From assembly GCA_013265495.1 (NCBI GenBank), contig MU057711.1, forward strand, positions 1,178,001 to 1,242,000: 64,000 nt of DNA, read 5' to 3'. A program made the position numbers and the translations under genes. Within the stretch, counting starts at the first letter, position 1, and the number at the start of each line of letters is the position of its first letter. Origin of the DNA: Vicugna vicugna (lineage: Eukaryota). Under the pieces are notes generated by a model. That model was given only the letters and a program-made list of their open reading frames with translations. It was not told the DNA's origin and did no database searches. Shown in pieces: positions 62,341-64,000 of the stretch.

Positions 62341-64000
62341 AGACCTACATAGCAGAGAAGCTGGCTAGCAGAAAACAGCCCCATCTGCCTACATGTCAAG
62401 CCAGGTTTGCTCTGCAGGTCAGGGGAGAAGTGCAGAGGACAGCAATGAACTGCACACTTTTAAATGTGCTGACTACATTCCAGGAGGGGTTTCCCACTGG
62501 CAGCCCAGAATGCAATCAACCTGCTGCTTTTGCCAACCCCAGCACCTGTCATATTTCATCTTCTTTTAAATGGCTTCAAGGATATGAAAGTCATAAAAGC
62601 AAACCCAGGTAGGGTCAGAAGTGGCTGGCTCCTCTGTGTGGAGGGCTGTCACTTTTGGGCTCTTTACTCTGCCACATATTTGCATGGCCCCATCGTAGCT
62701 AAGCACAACCCCAGTAGATATTCAAATGAGGCTTAAGGGTCTGGGTGGAAATATATCACAACTGCTTGCCTGGCCCCAGGATATACTCAAAATAAAAAAG
62801 TACAGTGGAGATTACCTTCTTCATAATTGTTGTATATTTCTTTGACCTCACAGCATCTTAAGTCGGATTTCAAAGAAAAAAAATGTTGTTTCTGAGCAGC
62901 AGAGAAACATTTTAATGAACACCACAGGGTTTACTGATCACCGTTAATGAGTGAAAAACGAGTGTCCTGCAGGAACCTTCTGTCTATCTTTAGAAACCGC
63001 CCTGGATGATGGAGGGGCGGAGGTGATGGAACTGTGTGCGCGAGTCTGCAGACTAGAAAACAAAGACGTCATGTCTTTAAGGCTGTCTGTAATGGACACT
63101 TCAGGAGCCAGCAAAACTCGTTTGCACCTTTGTTGGTGCTCTTCCCAATCAATAGCAGTAGTTAAGCTGAGATTTACTGACTTCTGTTAAGAGCTGTGGC
63201 AGAAATATTCAAAGAAACGAAACTCAACAGAAACATTTCATTCTCACCAGGGCTCTTTATCCACCATGGTGATTTGGAGGATGCTTAATGAGAAAGGCTC
63301 TCTCTTGCCAGTATACACACTGTATATGTGTGTATGCGGATGTGTGCGTGCGCGCATGCGTCCGTGGCTTTAGTATCTGTTCATGAACAGACCCACAGTC
63401 TGCACCAGAACTGGGGAACTCTTTTGCTATTAAAAGTCACTGACTCACACTCCTGAAATCAATTGGAAGCCCAAGGAAGTAAAAAGCAATTTAATGTAGC
63501 CAGCTTATTTGCTTCTAGAAATGGGGACATTCTCCTTGTTAGCTTATTGAAATTAAGAGCAGGGAAAATAACAATCTATTAACTACACATAATAAATGAC
63601 ACAAAATATGCTTCAGTTTTATTTTAGAATGGAAGGGAGTGAGAGTGACAGAGATAGATAGGCAAAGATACAGATAGAGATGCACTTGAAATAAGCAAAG
63701 GACCACAGAGATAAGTGTAGAAGTAGTGACACAATGATTTATTGAATGCATATGAAGGACTGATCATCTTACTAATATGCCCCAAAGCCCAGGAGTGGGG
63801 AATCACATCCCCTTTATACAGATTAGGACAACAAGGTTTGGGAAGGTTAAGATATCTACTCAAAATAAAGTAAGTGGACGGGCTGTGGTCAACCCCAGGC
63901 AGCTTAACTCCAAGGCCTTTGCTCTGTGCCATGTCTGGACCGCTTGTTTGTTTCAAATGTTGCTGTCCAAGGGATTATGTATGTATGTGTATGAGTGTGC

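Noticed and set aside
1..64000. Prokaryote-type systems (CRISPR, operons), rRNA, and the identity of a host gene
   Set aside because: The sequence is mammalian, with no spaced repeat arrays or rRNA, and there is no exon from which I could name the surrounding locus.

Overview
Repeat-rich mammalian genomic DNA, very probably camelid: it carries several tRNA-Ala(AGC)-derived SINEs of the Vic-1 type and young artiodactyl-like L1 3' ends. It looks intronic or intergenic, and I recognise no spliced coding exons. Most of it is L1, L2, MIR, MLT1/MLT2/ERV1 LTRs, hAT MITEs and microsatellites, with a few repeat-free, homeodomain-motif-rich blocks that may be enhancers. The notable feature is an intronless, uninterrupted ORF (ATG 15446 to 16213, 255 aa, + strand) that is a strongly diverged retrocopy of cTAGE5/MIA2, the ER-exit-site partner of TANGO1. 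It keeps the N-terminal hydrophobic/transmembrane region and the first part of coiled-coil 1, and appears fused in frame to the start of the proline-rich domain. It has a perfect Kozak context, a compact GC-box/CCAAT/CRE-like promoter, an AU-rich 3' UTR with tandem AATAAA, and candidate target-site duplications, so it is a candidate functional, internally deleted retrogene. Other points of interest are a probable L1 3' transduction, a twin-primed mini-L1, a rearranged L1 and a strong strand bias among young retroelements. All family assignments are by-eye recall of consensus sequences, not database searches, and repeat boundaries are approximate.
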